A DNA stretch of 38,481 bases from Octopus bimaculoides (GCF_001194135.2 NC_068981.1:103585442-103623922); one strand, 5' to 3'. Counted from the stretch's first letter, positions 22,865 to 33,880 are shown. Notes: a model not told the origin generated them from the sequence alone. Numbers and translations: made by a program.

Positions 22865-23629
22865 TACATATATATACATACATATATGTGTCGGAGGGGG
22901 TATTAATTGAGGCATGATGACATTTGGCGTACCTGGCAACAATATCGAAACATGCGACATATTTGAACCTCAGAGATGTCATATTCTGGTTGAATATTTT
23001 TATGTAGTATTTAGCTGTTATAGTAGAAACGTTGGTCAGGCTCCTTTCCCAACTGATGCTTCTATAAAAGTTCCAATTCGGAAATAATATTTTTCTTTTG
23101 TTTAACTATTCGTTTCTCCACCCCGGTTATTTTCTTCAGTTCTTTTTTCTTTCTTTCTTTCTTTATCTATTTATGTTAATAGGAAAATTCTCCTTCTCAT
23201 AAACAGACATTCCTGATTCCTCTGCAATTATGCCACCAACTGTACAGTCAAAACCTTCGCAGGGAAGTATAAATTTTATGCAAATTTACTTATTTGTGTG
23301 TTTCCGTTTTCTTTCTATTTGCAATATTCTGACGTCAAACACTGTTTAAATTATCAGCTGGTGATTTGCATACTTTACTTTTTCACACAATTACTTACAC
23401 CTTTGCGACATTAATTTTGATTGGTTGCCTGCCAAAATAAAGATCCGGTATCTCGAAACCAGAGACATTTGCTGCTGTTTTTATTGTTGTTGCTGCAGCC
23501 TCAACTAATGGTGACGACGTCTTTGATATTATTACTGCTGTTTTTGTAATGGTGTTACATTTACAAGTGTTGCGCTGCCATTATTATTGTTGCGTTCCTG
23601 TTGTTGCGGTTGTTGTTGTTGTTTCTGTT

Positions 23630-23820
23630 ATTTAACCCCAGGTCATCTCTGATCAAGCTCGCCTATGATCATAGATGTTCCAGCTCTGATCACCTATCAT
23701 TCGGATATAGCTTTACTCGGGACTACATCATCAAATATTTCTTTCCTTCTTACTAAGACGGTACAATAGGATTTCAGAAAGATTTAGCTGCTAAATCTAC
23801 CGAGTCGAACGACTTCTTTA
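23630..23820 (-). repeat. Family R copy following a (GTT)n tract
   Basis: TTTAACCCCAGGTCATCTCTGATCAAGC...TAAGACGG...GATTTAGCTGCTAAATCTACCGAGTCGAACGAC. Confidence 0.65.
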
Positions 23821-23824
23821 ATAT

Positions 23825-24020
23825 TGGCTTCAAATTTTGGCACACGGCCAGAAATTTCAGGAAACGAGTTAATTCGAATACATCAATCCCCATGCACGAC
23901 TGGTACTTATTTTATCGACCCCAAAAAGATGGAAGGCAAAGTCGACATCGGCGGCATTTGAACGTAAGGAAAGACGACATGCTGCTGAGCATTTTACCCA
24001 AGGTGCTAACGATTCTGCCA
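23825..24020 (-). mobile_element. S1 SINE
   Basis: CTGGTACTTATTTTATCGACCCC...GGCAAAGTCGACATCGGCGGCATTTGAAC...GTGCTAACGATTCTGCCA. Confidence 0.8.
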
Positions 24021-24023
24021 TAC

Positions 24024-24258
24024 TAAGCGGTATTTCGTCTGTCGTTACGTTCAAATTACGCCGAGGTCGACTTTACTTTTCATCCTTTCGGGGTCGATAA
24101 ATTAAGTACCAGGTACACACTGGGGTCGATGTAATCGACTTAATCCCTTTGCCTGTCCTTGTTTNNNNNNNNNNTACACACTGGGGTCGATGTAATCGAC
24201 TTAATCCCTTTGCCTGTCCTTGTTTGTCCCCTCTATGTTTAGCCCCTTGTGGGCAATA
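24024..24258 (+). mobile_element. S1 SINE, 5'-truncated, head-to-head with the previous copy
   Basis: CCGAGGTCGACTTTACTTTTCATCCTTTCGGGGTCGATAAATTAAGTACCAG; includes an overlap duplication at the 10-N gap. Confidence 0.8.
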
Positions 24259-24444
24259 AACAAATAAGAAACTGAAAGAAACCCGTCGTATATATATGTG
24301 TGTGTGTGTGTGTATGTATGTATTTATGTATATATGTATGTATGTATATGTTTGTGTGTCTGTGTTTGTCTCCCCAACATCGCATGACAACCGATGTTGT
24401 TGTGTTTATGTCTCTGTAACTTAGCAATTTGGCAAAAGCCACCG
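24259..24444 (+). mobile_element. CORE-type SINE middle part
   Basis: GAAACTGAAAGAAACCCGTCG-(TA/TG)n-GTTTGTCTCCCC..GACAACCGATG as in 2460-2560. Confidence 0.7.
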
Positions 24445-25299
24445 NNNNNNNNNNNNNNNNNNNNNNNNNNNNNNNNNNNNNNNNNNNNNNNNNNNNNNNN
24501 NNNNNNNNNNNNNNNNNNNNNNNNNNNNNNNNNNNNNNNNNNNNNNNNNNNNNNNNNNNNNNNNNNNNNNNNNNNNNNNNNNNNNNNNNNNNNNNNNNNN
24601 NNNNNNNNNNNNNNNNNNNNNNNNNNNNNNNNNNNNNNNNNNNNNNNNNNNNNNNNNNNNNNNNNNNNNNNNNNNNNNNNNNNNNNNNNNNNNNNNNNNN
24701 NNNNNNNNNNNNNNNNNNNNNNNNNNNNNNNNNNNNNNNNNNNNNNNNNNNNNNNNNNNNNNNNNNNNNNNNNNNNNNNNNNNNNNNNNNNNNNNNNNNN
24801 NNNNNNNNNNNNNNNNNNNNNNNNNNNNNNNNNNNNNNNNNNNNNNNNNNNNNNNNNNNNNNNNNNNNNNNNNNNNNNNNNNNNNNNNNNNNNNNNNNNN
24901 NNNNNNNNNNNNNNNNNNNNNNNNNNNNNNNNNNNNNNNNNNNNNNNNNNNNNNNNNNNNNNNNNNNNNNNNNNNNNNNNNNNNNNNNNNNNNNNNNNNN
25001 NNNNNNNNNNNNNNNNNNNNNNNNNNNNNATATATATATATATATATATATAACCTTTGTATCAGCTCAGATATGTTTGAGAAATATTTGAACTATAAGA
25101 AGACTATTCATTGCAGTTTGTAATGGTGTCATGGTGAAGTATTCTTGCTGCAGACAAAATAAGGTGCAGACATAAAACGGTCAGTTTTGGGTTTTTTTTA
25201 TTTTACTTTTTTATTTCCTTGCTTTGTTTTTGGTTTTTTTATTTTAAAAGTTTCTCATCACACGACTTAAAAAATTCATTAGTAGAATCATAGAGAACA

Positions 25300-25422
25300 T
25301 ATAAGCAGCTCAGACAGAATCAAATCTTTGTCATAAACATAGGAAAACGTATGGGTACTCAATATTTCAGCATTTATCATATTCACTCTTTTAAATGAAG
25401 TAATGCGAAATTTCATGCAGTC
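25300..25422 (-). pseudogene. hAT (Buster/Charlie-like) transposase remnant, part distal to the maT insertion
   Basis: Rejoining across the TA duplication gives minus-strand K-H-L-S-C-R-L-H-E...RVNMI, matching the helix after the hAT CxxH motif. Confidence 0.55.
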
Positions 25423-25424
25423 TA

Positions 25425-26677
25425 CAGGGAAGCAAAACGTGCATTAAAAGTTACACTAATATTTCGCAGCAACCACAACACCAAATGATATGAAACCTAA
25501 TGCAGAACAAATAATACGTTGTCAGCTAATAATAATCTCTTTTTTGTTTTATTTCTTTATTTTTTATTATTTTTTTTTGCAGGAATATTGGAGAATATGA
25601 CTGCGCAAGAAGACAAACACCAAAGAGTATGTGATTTGGCCCGTGGACAAGTCGATCGAAAGAGGACCTCAAGCATAGTCGGAGTATCCTTACGTACAGT
25701 TTATAGCGTCAAGAAGAGAATGGATATGTGCAACGACATTCAGAGGAAGTCTGGCAGTGATGTGGCTAACAAGAAGCGGAATCAAGATTTCATCAATTCC
25801 CCCCAAGTCCAAAATTTCAACGCACTCAACCACATCCATGAGGAAGCTGTCTTCTGAACTTGAAGTAGACCCCAAGACGATCAGAACAGCTGTGAATGAT
25901 CACTTGACACCGAGACGCCTGTTGACAGAACCTATGAAGTCTAGGAGACTGGAGACGTGCAAAACGCTTTTCACATACTTCAAGAAGAACGGGTCCACAG
26001 TGAAAAATTTTCTGACAAGATCCCAGTGGATCCTGTTGTGAACTGCAGAAACAACTGGTACATTTCGGGGTCAACAGTTAACGCTAGGAGCACCTTCGGA
26101 ACAAAAAATTCAGCCCAGGTCACGACATTCGGTATTATGGCCTCCGATGGAAGAAAGATACCCATCTACTTCTACAAACACGGAGAAAAGATGTGCTGAT
26201 GCCTACTACAAGTGGCTGAGGTACTATGTCTTGTTATAGCTCAAGGCCAACTACCCTGAGGGCAACTATGTGTGGACCCAGGACGGTGCTCCAAGTCATA
26301 TTGCCAAGAAGGTACAGAATTTCTGTAAAGCCAACTTTGCATCTTTCTGGCCTGCAGGCTTCTGGCCCTCTTCCATTCTGGATCTCAATCCTCTGGACTA
26401 TGCTGTAACCTCCTACCCCAACATCAACTCTCTAAAGGCTGCCATCAATGAGGAGTGGGCCAAGATGTCCAGCGACTTCGTGGTGAAGAACTGTGCGGGG
26501 TTCCGGAAACGTGTGGAGGCCATAATTGCAAACAATGGAAACTACATAGAATAAATTATTCGTTTTGTAATTAAATGTGAATGTTATTAACTTATTTTTG
26601 AATTACTAAACCTATTAATGTACAATGAGAGAGTTTCAAATATCACAGCAATTTTGCATTTTTTGCTTCCCCACCTG
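25425..26677 (+). mobile_element. Tc1/mariner superfamily DD37D (maT-type) transposon, full length (~1253 bp), decayed
   Basis: TA TSDs at 25423-24 and 26678-79; imperfect TIRs CAG(GTGG)GGAAGCAAAA..TGCA; transposase from ATG 25597 to TAA 26554 with frameshifts and deletions; WTQDGAPSH...WPSSILDLNPLDY has 37 residues between the second and third Asp. Confidence 0.92.
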
Positions 26678-26679
26678 TA

Positions 26680-27460
26680 CAGCTCAGATGTTTTGCCGTT
26701 TAAGTCCTATCGAAAAATAACACAATAAATATGTAAAGATATTTGGAACGACTTTTTCTTTTAATGTGCTATGCTAGACATAGCGATCAACCAAAGAAAA
26801 TGTTGCATCACCTACACATACAGTAAGATTTGTAAGAGAATTATATTTATCATTAAGAAAAATTTCTCAAATAGGAACCCTTTTATAACTCTTCAATTTT
26901 TAGTGAATAAAATACAAAGGCCAATATGTCCTCCTCATATAAGGTCTTATCGGAACGTAACGAAAATTCTGAGCCTTCTACATCATCATAAAGTTGTTTT
27001 GTTTTATTTTCTTTTTATTGCTATTTACACTTCTTCAATTCATGTCGATATTGAACTATCTCCGAGAGGAATTAGTGATGTTACATTAATTTTACCAATG
27101 ACCGTCACAATATTTATAAATTCATTTATAGTTGGTAAGTCGAGAAATTTGTAATCTTCTACATTAGGCAATTAATTTTCTCTTATAATCTATTCATTAA
27201 TTGTATAATAATTTTTAGGTTTTTTTACATCCTGAAATTCGACATTATTCTTTTTTGCTTTATCTGGATGCTTTGTTTTTTTAAATGATCAATCATTCTT
27301 GAAGGTTTCGTGCATTTATTTGAGCAAGTCTTTCTTTTCATATTATAAACACGCTGGTAATTTCTCACTGTTAATGGATCGAATAACTACATTTCAAATA
27401 TTTGCATGAGTATTGATGACACATTTCTTCTTCACTTCTTTTCAAGTCGCTACCACAATA
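26680..27460 (-). pseudogene. Heavily decayed hAT (Buster/Charlie-like) transposase, N-terminal half
   Basis: Collinear minus-strand fragments: HQYSCKYLKC, EKLPACL, SNKCTKPSRMIDHLKK.HPDK (BED finger), IPLGDSSIST*IEEV, SEFSLRSDKT (first catalytic D), NLTVCVGDATFSLVDRY, PNIFT..CVIFR (CxxH region). Confidence 0.7.
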
Positions 27461-27729
27461 TCAATATTTACATAAAAAAAAGAATTACTTTTATTTTAAT
27501 GTAGGACCAGCGTAATGAAACTCCTAGCTTCAACTGAATGCTGTAGGAAATAAATTGAGGAATGTTTCCTTCATACTGATTTAAATATAAATGATCTCAT
27601 GGTATAATTAAATTTAATTATGAGGGGAACCTTAAGAAACGACACGTAGAGAGTAAAAATATTTTTGAAATTGACAAAAATGCTTCAAAATAAATTATCT
27701 TAACAGGAGAAAACACGTGGGATACAGGG

Positions 27730-27792
27730 TTGTTGAAGAGGTCACAGGATGTGTGACGAAAGAAGTTTGACAAAGAAACTAAAATAATAATA

Positions 27793-27852
<60 letters not shown>

Positions 27853-27925
27853 TTGAAGTGAAGACCAAATATATAGTGCGTGTGCTTAATTGAAAAAAAA
27901 TATGACCATCCCCAAGTTTGACAAT
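27730..27925 (+). repeat. Degenerate copy of hammerhead family D with internal (TAA)n expansion
   Basis: TTGAAGA-G-GTCACA-GGATG-TGTGAC-GAAA-GAAG, then (TAA)n, then CCAAATATATAGTGCGTGTG...TATGACCATCCCCAAG, matching the 38042-38481 unit. Confidence 0.75.
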
Positions 27926-27974
27926 ACCTAATACTTTCATTATTTCATAATTCTATTCCTTGCCGACATCTGAG

Positions 27975-28172
27975 CTAACCGGTAGGAGGCCTAGAGGTAA
28001 GCCAAAAACGAGTTAGTTCGATAATATTATTAGTCTTATTTGGTCACGCTTGGGAATCCAGTCGGAAAGGGTAATGACGGTTACTTCTGACAGGACCCTA
28101 TGGAAGAGGTGCCTAAGGACTCTACTCCCACGACCCCAGGAATATTAGGCGGAGAAGCTGGGCGGATGGAAT
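27975..28172 (+). mobile_element. RTE-clade LINE 3' end
   Basis: RRPRGKPKTS*FDNIISLIWSRLGIQSERVMTVTSDRTLWKRCLRTLLPRP matches the RTE C-terminal pattern R-x-RGRP-x-x-RW-x-D...LG...DR-x-x-WR. Confidence 0.7.
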
Positions 28173-28388
28173 ACTTTCTGGCATTTTATTACACAGAATA
28201 AACAGAATATCTCCTATTTATTATGATTGAGAAAAATATTTAAATTCAGTTATAATATCGCTGTTTAAAGTCCAATCTGTAACATACTGTAACCTAAGTG
28301 GGACCACTTTATTTCTCCTTGGTGACTACTTATTCAGTAGAAATTCAGATACTGCAGTCATAGCAGAAGAGAGTTAGGATAATCAGTT

Positions 28389-28561
28389 GGGAGTGGCTGT
28401 GTGGTAAGTAGCTTGCTTACCGACCACATGGTTCTGGGTTCTTTCCCACTGCGTGGCACCTTGGGCAAGTGTCTTCTACTATAGCCTCGGGCCAACCAAA
28501 GCCTTGTGAGTGGATTTGGTAGACGGAAACTAAAAGAAGCCCGTCGTATATATATATATAT
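28389..28561 (+). mobile_element. CORE-type SINE 5' half, running into (TA)n and a gap
   Basis: GGAGTGGCTGTGTGGTAAGTAGCTTGC...GGCACCTTGGGCAAGTGTCTTCT...AAGCCCGTCGTATATA. Confidence 0.9.
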
Positions 28562-29187
28562 NNNNNNNNNNNNNNNNNNNNNNNNNNNNNNNNNNNNNNN
28601 NNNNNNNNNNNNNNNNNNNNNNNNNNNNNNNNNNNNNNNNNNNNNNNNNNNNNNNNNNNNNNNNNNNNNNNNNNNNNNNNNNNNNNNNNNNNNNNNNNNN
28701 NNNNNNNNNNNNNNNNNNNNNNNNNNNNNNNNNNNNNNNNNNNNNNNNNNNNNNNNNNNNNNNNNNNNNNNNNNNNNNNNNNNNNNNNNNNNNNNNNNNN
28801 NNNNNNNNNNNNNNNNNNNNNNNNNNNNNNNNNNNNNNNNNNNNNNNNNNNNNNNNNNNNNNNNNNNNNNNNNNNNNNNNNNNNNNNNNNNNNNNNNNNN
28901 NNNNNNNNNNNNNNNNNNNNNNNNNNNNNNNNNNNNNNNNNNNNNNNNNNNNNNNNNNNNNNNNNNNNNNNNNNNNNNNNNNNNNNNNNNNNNNNNNNNN
29001 NNNNNNNNNNNNNNNNNNNNNNNNNNNNNNNNNNNNNNNNNNNNNNNNNNNNNNNNNNNNNNNNNNNNNNNNNNNNNNNNNNNNNNNNNNNNNNNNNNNN
29101 NNNNNNNNNNNNNNNNNNNNNNNNNNNNNNNNNNNNNNNNNNNNNNNNNNNNNNNNNNNNNNNNNNNNNNNNNNNNNNNNNNNNNNA

Positions 29188-29370
29188 TATATATATATAT
29201 ATATATACGACGGGCTTCTTTCAGTTTCCGTCTACCAAATCCACTCACAAGGCTTTGGACGGCCTGAGACTATAGTAGAAGACACTTGCACAAGGTGCCA
29301 CGCAGTGGGATTGAACCCGGAACCATGTGGCTGGTAAGCAAGCTACTTACCACACAGCCACTCCTGCGCC
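29188..29370 (-). mobile_element. CORE-type SINE 5' half, inverted relative to the previous copy
   Basis: Reverse complement of the same head, ending ...CCACTCCTGCGCC at 29370. Confidence 0.9.
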
Positions 29371-29623
29371 TTCTTGAACAATTTTTTTTTGTTTTCTTGT
29401 TTTTACATTCTCAGTGTCGACAGGTGGCTGACCATTGTTTCCATCTGGAGTAAAAGTTTTACTAGTTGGGTGGTTGAGACATGTCTATTTGTGAAAATCT
29501 CGTGTTAGTAGAAAGATGAACTTTTTCTCTCGATTCCAGCTATAGGCTTCATTCAAGTTTGATATCATCATCACTAAGTATATTCTGTGGGATAGCTGAC
29601 CGAGTTAACATGAACTCACCAGC

Positions 29624-30136
29624 TATTCTTTTACTTGTTTCAGTCATTTGAGTGCGGCCATGCTGGAGTACCGCCTTAAGGGGGTTTAGTCGAACAAATC
29701 GACCCCAGGACTTATCCTCTGTAAGCCTGGTACTTTTGTCGGTTTCTTTTGCCGAATCGCTAAGTTACGGGAACAGAGACACATCAGCATCGGTTTCTAG
29801 CGATGGCGTGGAGAGGAGATAAACACAGGCACACACACACACACACACGCACACATACATACACATATATACATATATACTACGGGCTTCTTTCAGTGTC
29901 CATCTACCAAATCCACTCACAAGGTTTTGGTTGGCCCGAGGCTATAGCTGAAAGACACTTGCCCAAGGTGCCACGCTTCTTTCAGTTCATGTCAGCAAAA
30001 TCCAATCCACTCACAAGGCTTTGGTCGGCCCGAGATTACAGTAGAAGACAACTGCTCAAGATGCCACGCAGTGGGACTGAACCCGGAACCATGTGGATGG
30101 CAAGCAAGCTTCTTACAAGACAGCCATACTTGCGCC
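29624..30136 (-). mobile_element. Full-length CORE-type SINE with an internal ~95-bp tandem duplication
   Basis: Head at 30136, tail TATTCTTTTACTTGTTTCAGTCATTTGA at 29624; CORE segment present twice (~29885-29975 and ~29976-30070). Confidence 0.85.
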
Positions 30137-30214
30137 TATTTAGTACATATTAGGTAAATCGCTTACAAAGATAAGTTTGCCACCGACTAGACTTTCCACC
30201 AAAAACCCATCATG

Positions 30215-30720
30215 TCGAGTGCGTAATTACTTCCAGTCACTTCAAACCAACAAAATCATCAGTCCTGACAATCTCCTTTCTACAACCTTCAAACAAATAC
30301 GCTCCAGAGTTAATCCCTATTCTCAAGTATTTCAATATCTCACTCTCTACAATATAAATTCTGATCCTTGGGAGCACGCTACAATGTGTTCTGTTCCTAA
30401 GAGGATCTATTTCTCCGATGCTACCAATTATCATGCTATTGCTCTCACTTCCAACATCACAAATATGGTGGGTGCAACCAGTGACAAAAACTTCAGCATT
30501 ACCGTGAATCTCTCTCTCTCTCTTTAATGACTACAAAATTAACATTCATAAAACCAGATGTACTGGGACCCTACTGTCTTACATCGCCCTCGAGAAATTT
30601 CATGAAAACAGTGTTGTTACCCCTCAGTATTTGTATTACATTCGATCAAATCTGGTACTCAAATCTTTGGAGAACATCCTACAATATACTCATGCCAATC
30701 TTGTTTCTTTCAGCCGCACA
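30215..30720 (+). pseudogene. Decayed CR1/L2-group LINE reverse-transcriptase fragment
   Basis: Frameshifted LQTNKIISPD, YAPELIPIL, DPWEHATMCSVPK..SDATNYHAIALTS, then FDQIW-type RT motifs. Confidence 0.7.
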
Positions 30721-30764
30721 AAAGTCCAATAAATGCATATATCAATAAATATCATATCTGAGCT

Positions 30765-31760
30765 CACTATTCACAAAAGGATGGGAGAGGAAAATACAAA
30801 AACAGACATAAAGTGAGGGGATTTACATATAATGAAATGATTAAAAAACATGAAAGAAAAAAAGAAAGAAAGTAAAGACGGTATACACTGAAAAAGAAAA
30901 GACATATGCATAGCAAAAAGTGGCGAGGGTGTGATAGAGATGTGACCCTCCTGATACAGGAAGGCTTCTAGGGATAATCGAGGAAGATCACTGTCCCAGA
31001 TTTCCCTAAAACTCCAAGGGCAAATACTCTTTCCAATTCTTTCTCCCCGACTCACAGGTCTACACTTAGAGAGGTACTATCCACTCTTGCCATTTTCGCA
31101 ACTTTCACCCAACTTTCAATAAACCCACTCGAGGACAGCACTTCCCTCTCCACTCTCAATTTCCTTTTCAAGTGAAACTTGAAGAAGTCAATGAGAGCTC
31201 TACCAAAGAGGGATGTATCTGTTCTTATGTCTTTCAGCCTTGCCCACCAAACAACCTCTTTCGCCACAGCCACCAGGCAAAAAAAACTGCCTTGCCTGCC
31301 CGATTGAAGGAGGGCGGCGGTGCGATCATCACTACAGACTCGGCTGACAGACGGATCTGTCCCACACGTGACAGCAGCTGTTCGATATAACCCTATAAGT
31401 CAGCAATGCCCGGACACTGAACGAGGGCGTGCAGAACTGTTTCGTCACTCTGCACGCACCTCGGACAAGTCTGTCTGATAGCACACCCGTGCCTGTAGAG
31501 TTTATCTCGGATAGGTAGTGGCCCCCAGTAGCACTGTCAGGTCAAGGACATCTGGAAATTATCCATGATAGTTACCGACCGGAAAGTCCTCCGGAACAGA
31601 CTAGCCAATTCGTTCTCGTTGGCGCCCAGAGTCTTCCCGAGAACGTCGTCGCACTTCCCCGCCACTAATCTTCTATAAATTTCTTAAACGGAACATCCGC
31701 CCGACTGGTAGAGGGCTGTGAGCGNNNNNNNNNNTGAGCGCCGCCTGACGACATTCTAGG
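30765..31760 (-). mobile_element. 5'-truncated Tx1/L1-clade LINE: ORF2 C-terminus with CCHC finger plus T-rich 3' UTR
   Basis: Minus strand ..MSLT*QCYWGPLPIRDKLYRHG..CPRCVQSDETVLHALVQCPGIADL*GYIEQ...VAVAKEVVWWARLK..SLSVDL*; the two internal stops fall at positions that look like TGG codons. Confidence 0.85.
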
Positions 31761-31764
31761 TGCC

Positions 31765-31845
31765 AATAATAATAACAACAACAATAACGATTATGATGAT
31801 GGCGATGACGTCGACAACGACGTCGACGAAGACCACGACGACGAA

Positions 31846-31884
<39 letters not shown>

Positions 31885-31896
31885 AACGACGACGAC

Positions 31897-31935
<39 letters not shown>
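31765..31935. repeat. Graded trinucleotide array (AAT/AAC to GAC to GAT)
   Basis: Directly visible. Confidence 0.95.
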
Positions 31936-32351
31936 AAAGTCAATGTTCAGATCCTGTTTCATGCTGTGTCAGTCAGAGCATGTAGACATCGACTAGGCGA
32001 GGTGCCAGTCCAGCGCACAGAAACATTACCAGATGGTCTGCTCCGTATTCCGATAGTTGTTTATGTGATCTAAAGCGATTGTTCTATTCAGGAACACTAA
32101 ACAACATCGATTTAGAATCAATGATCTATGAACTGATAAACCAATAGTTTATCCATCCTGCCATTTCGGCTCGGCGTTCAATATATTAAATAATTACATC
32201 CATCTCATACGATTATACCTATCTCCAACAAAACGTCTTTATGTGGTCACTCGGTCTGCTAGAAATAACACTCAAATTTCTTTCAAATAACTTTGTTTAT
32301 TCGTTCAAAATAACATTTTGAATCTGGAAAATGCGGAATAGTCATTGATGG

Positions 32352-32872
32352 TGCCCTTCATGGCTCAGTAATTAGGTGTGGGACTTACAATCGTTAGGAT
32401 GTGAGTTCAATTCCCAGATCGAACCGTGTGTTGTGTTCTTGAGCAAGGCACTTTATTTCACGTTGCTCCAGCTGTAGAAATGAGTTACGACGTCACTGGT
32501 GCCAAGCTGTATCGGCCTTTGGCCTTCCTTTATCTCGGATAGGTAGCGGCCCCCAGTAGCACTGTCAGGTCAAGGACATCTGGAAATTATCCATGATAGT
32601 TCCCGACCGGAAAGTCCTCCGGAACAGACTAGCCAATTCGTTCTCGTTGGCGCCCAGAGTCTTCCCGAGAACGTCGTCGCACTTCCCCGCTACTAATCTT
32701 CTATAAATTTCTTAAACGGAACATCCACCATTGCCCGACTGGCGTAGAGAGGGGAGACTGATATGCATGAGCGACTACTGCTCTTTCATAAACAACCTTG
32801 CCCAGATAAGTGCTTTAGAGGGAAACTTTCTAGGTGCAATCCCATGGTCATTCATGACCGAAGGGGATCTTC
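32352..32872 (+). mobile_element. tRNA-derived SINE interrupted by a 214-bp copy of nearby LINE sequence
   Basis: A box TGGCTCAGTAA (32361), B box GAGTTCAATTCC, CORE-like GTGTTCTTGAGCAAGGCACTT. 32529-32742 duplicates 31501-31708. Confidence 0.75.
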
Positions 32873-33738
32873 CCGCCTGCTCATCTAGCGCTGACGTAGA
32901 ACTAAAGAACTACAACACTCATATTGGAATCCTAGAAGTGTTGTGTAATTGTATTACAATGTCTGAAGGCGCATGGTCGAGTGATTGGGATTTGTGGCTC
33001 ACGATCATAAGATCGTGGATTCCCAGACTCGACGTCACATCATGTCCTTTAACAAGGCCTTTCATTTAATGTTGGTGTTTTTTACTCAGTTGAGACTGAG
33101 ATGCATCTGTTGCAGAATGGTGCTACACAGAACATTAGCCTAACATCTTGCATATGCAATATGACAACAGCCCTTCATAGCTGCAACACGCTGGGGGATG
33201 GATTATTATCTACAAAGACATTATAATTTTAGTAAAGAGAAATGAGAGCTTGTGACAATGATGGTGACGCATCTAAAGAGACATCGGCTACAAATTGGAA
33301 ATTAATATTTGTTTGTATATTATAAGTTTAGCTAGGTTCAAATCTTCCCAACGCCGCTCGATTCATTTCCACACTGAGCCGACGGGGGAAGCTCAGCGTT
33401 CCCTTACTAGAAATAACAGTCACAACTCCAAATTGTACTCTGCAGACGTAGATGTCTCGTTCCTGGAAAAGAAAAAGGATGATTACGGTTGAAATGCCTT
33501 TGATTATGTATCATTTACCTGAGGCTACACAAGAGCCACAACAACTTATCACGTTGCTGTTATTAAACTCATTATAATCATTGCCGGTGTCGACGAAAGA
33601 ATGTGTGTGTGCGTGTGTAGGTCCTGAAACTCGGTGTATTTCAAATTTCGAGTAATGGTATTAGAAGAGTGGCACCAAAAGGATTGTAACAAATAATAAA
33701 AATTTATCAAATTTGTTCTAAACCTTCTTATTTGGATT

Positions 33739-33880
33739 ACATACATACATACATACATATAAAAATTTCCTGATGATGTTGAAATTCCAGTGAAGCCGCT
33801 TTAGATTAGATCTAGCTAAGAAACCGGCTCTTTCTCTACTGGCAAGAAATCTTGGAATAAAACTGAATAATAACATACAT
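33739..33880 (+). mobile_element. Terminal 3' UTR segment of the (CATA)n-associated Dong family
   Basis: (CATA)n-AAAA..CCTG...AGAAACCGGCTCTTTCTCTACTGGCAAGAAATCTTGGAATAAAACTGAATAATAACATACAT matches the reverse complement of 5313-5390. Confidence 0.7.

Noticed and set aside
24110-24230. Short direct repeats around 10-N gaps (also TGAGCG at 31719-31740)
   Set aside because: Typical unmerged contig overlaps, not biological duplications.
33765-33810. CTGATGA followed by a weak stem in the Dong 3' UTR as a possible hammerhead
   Set aside because: GAAG instead of GAAA, no stem I, and the motif is absent from the homologous copy at 5313-5390.
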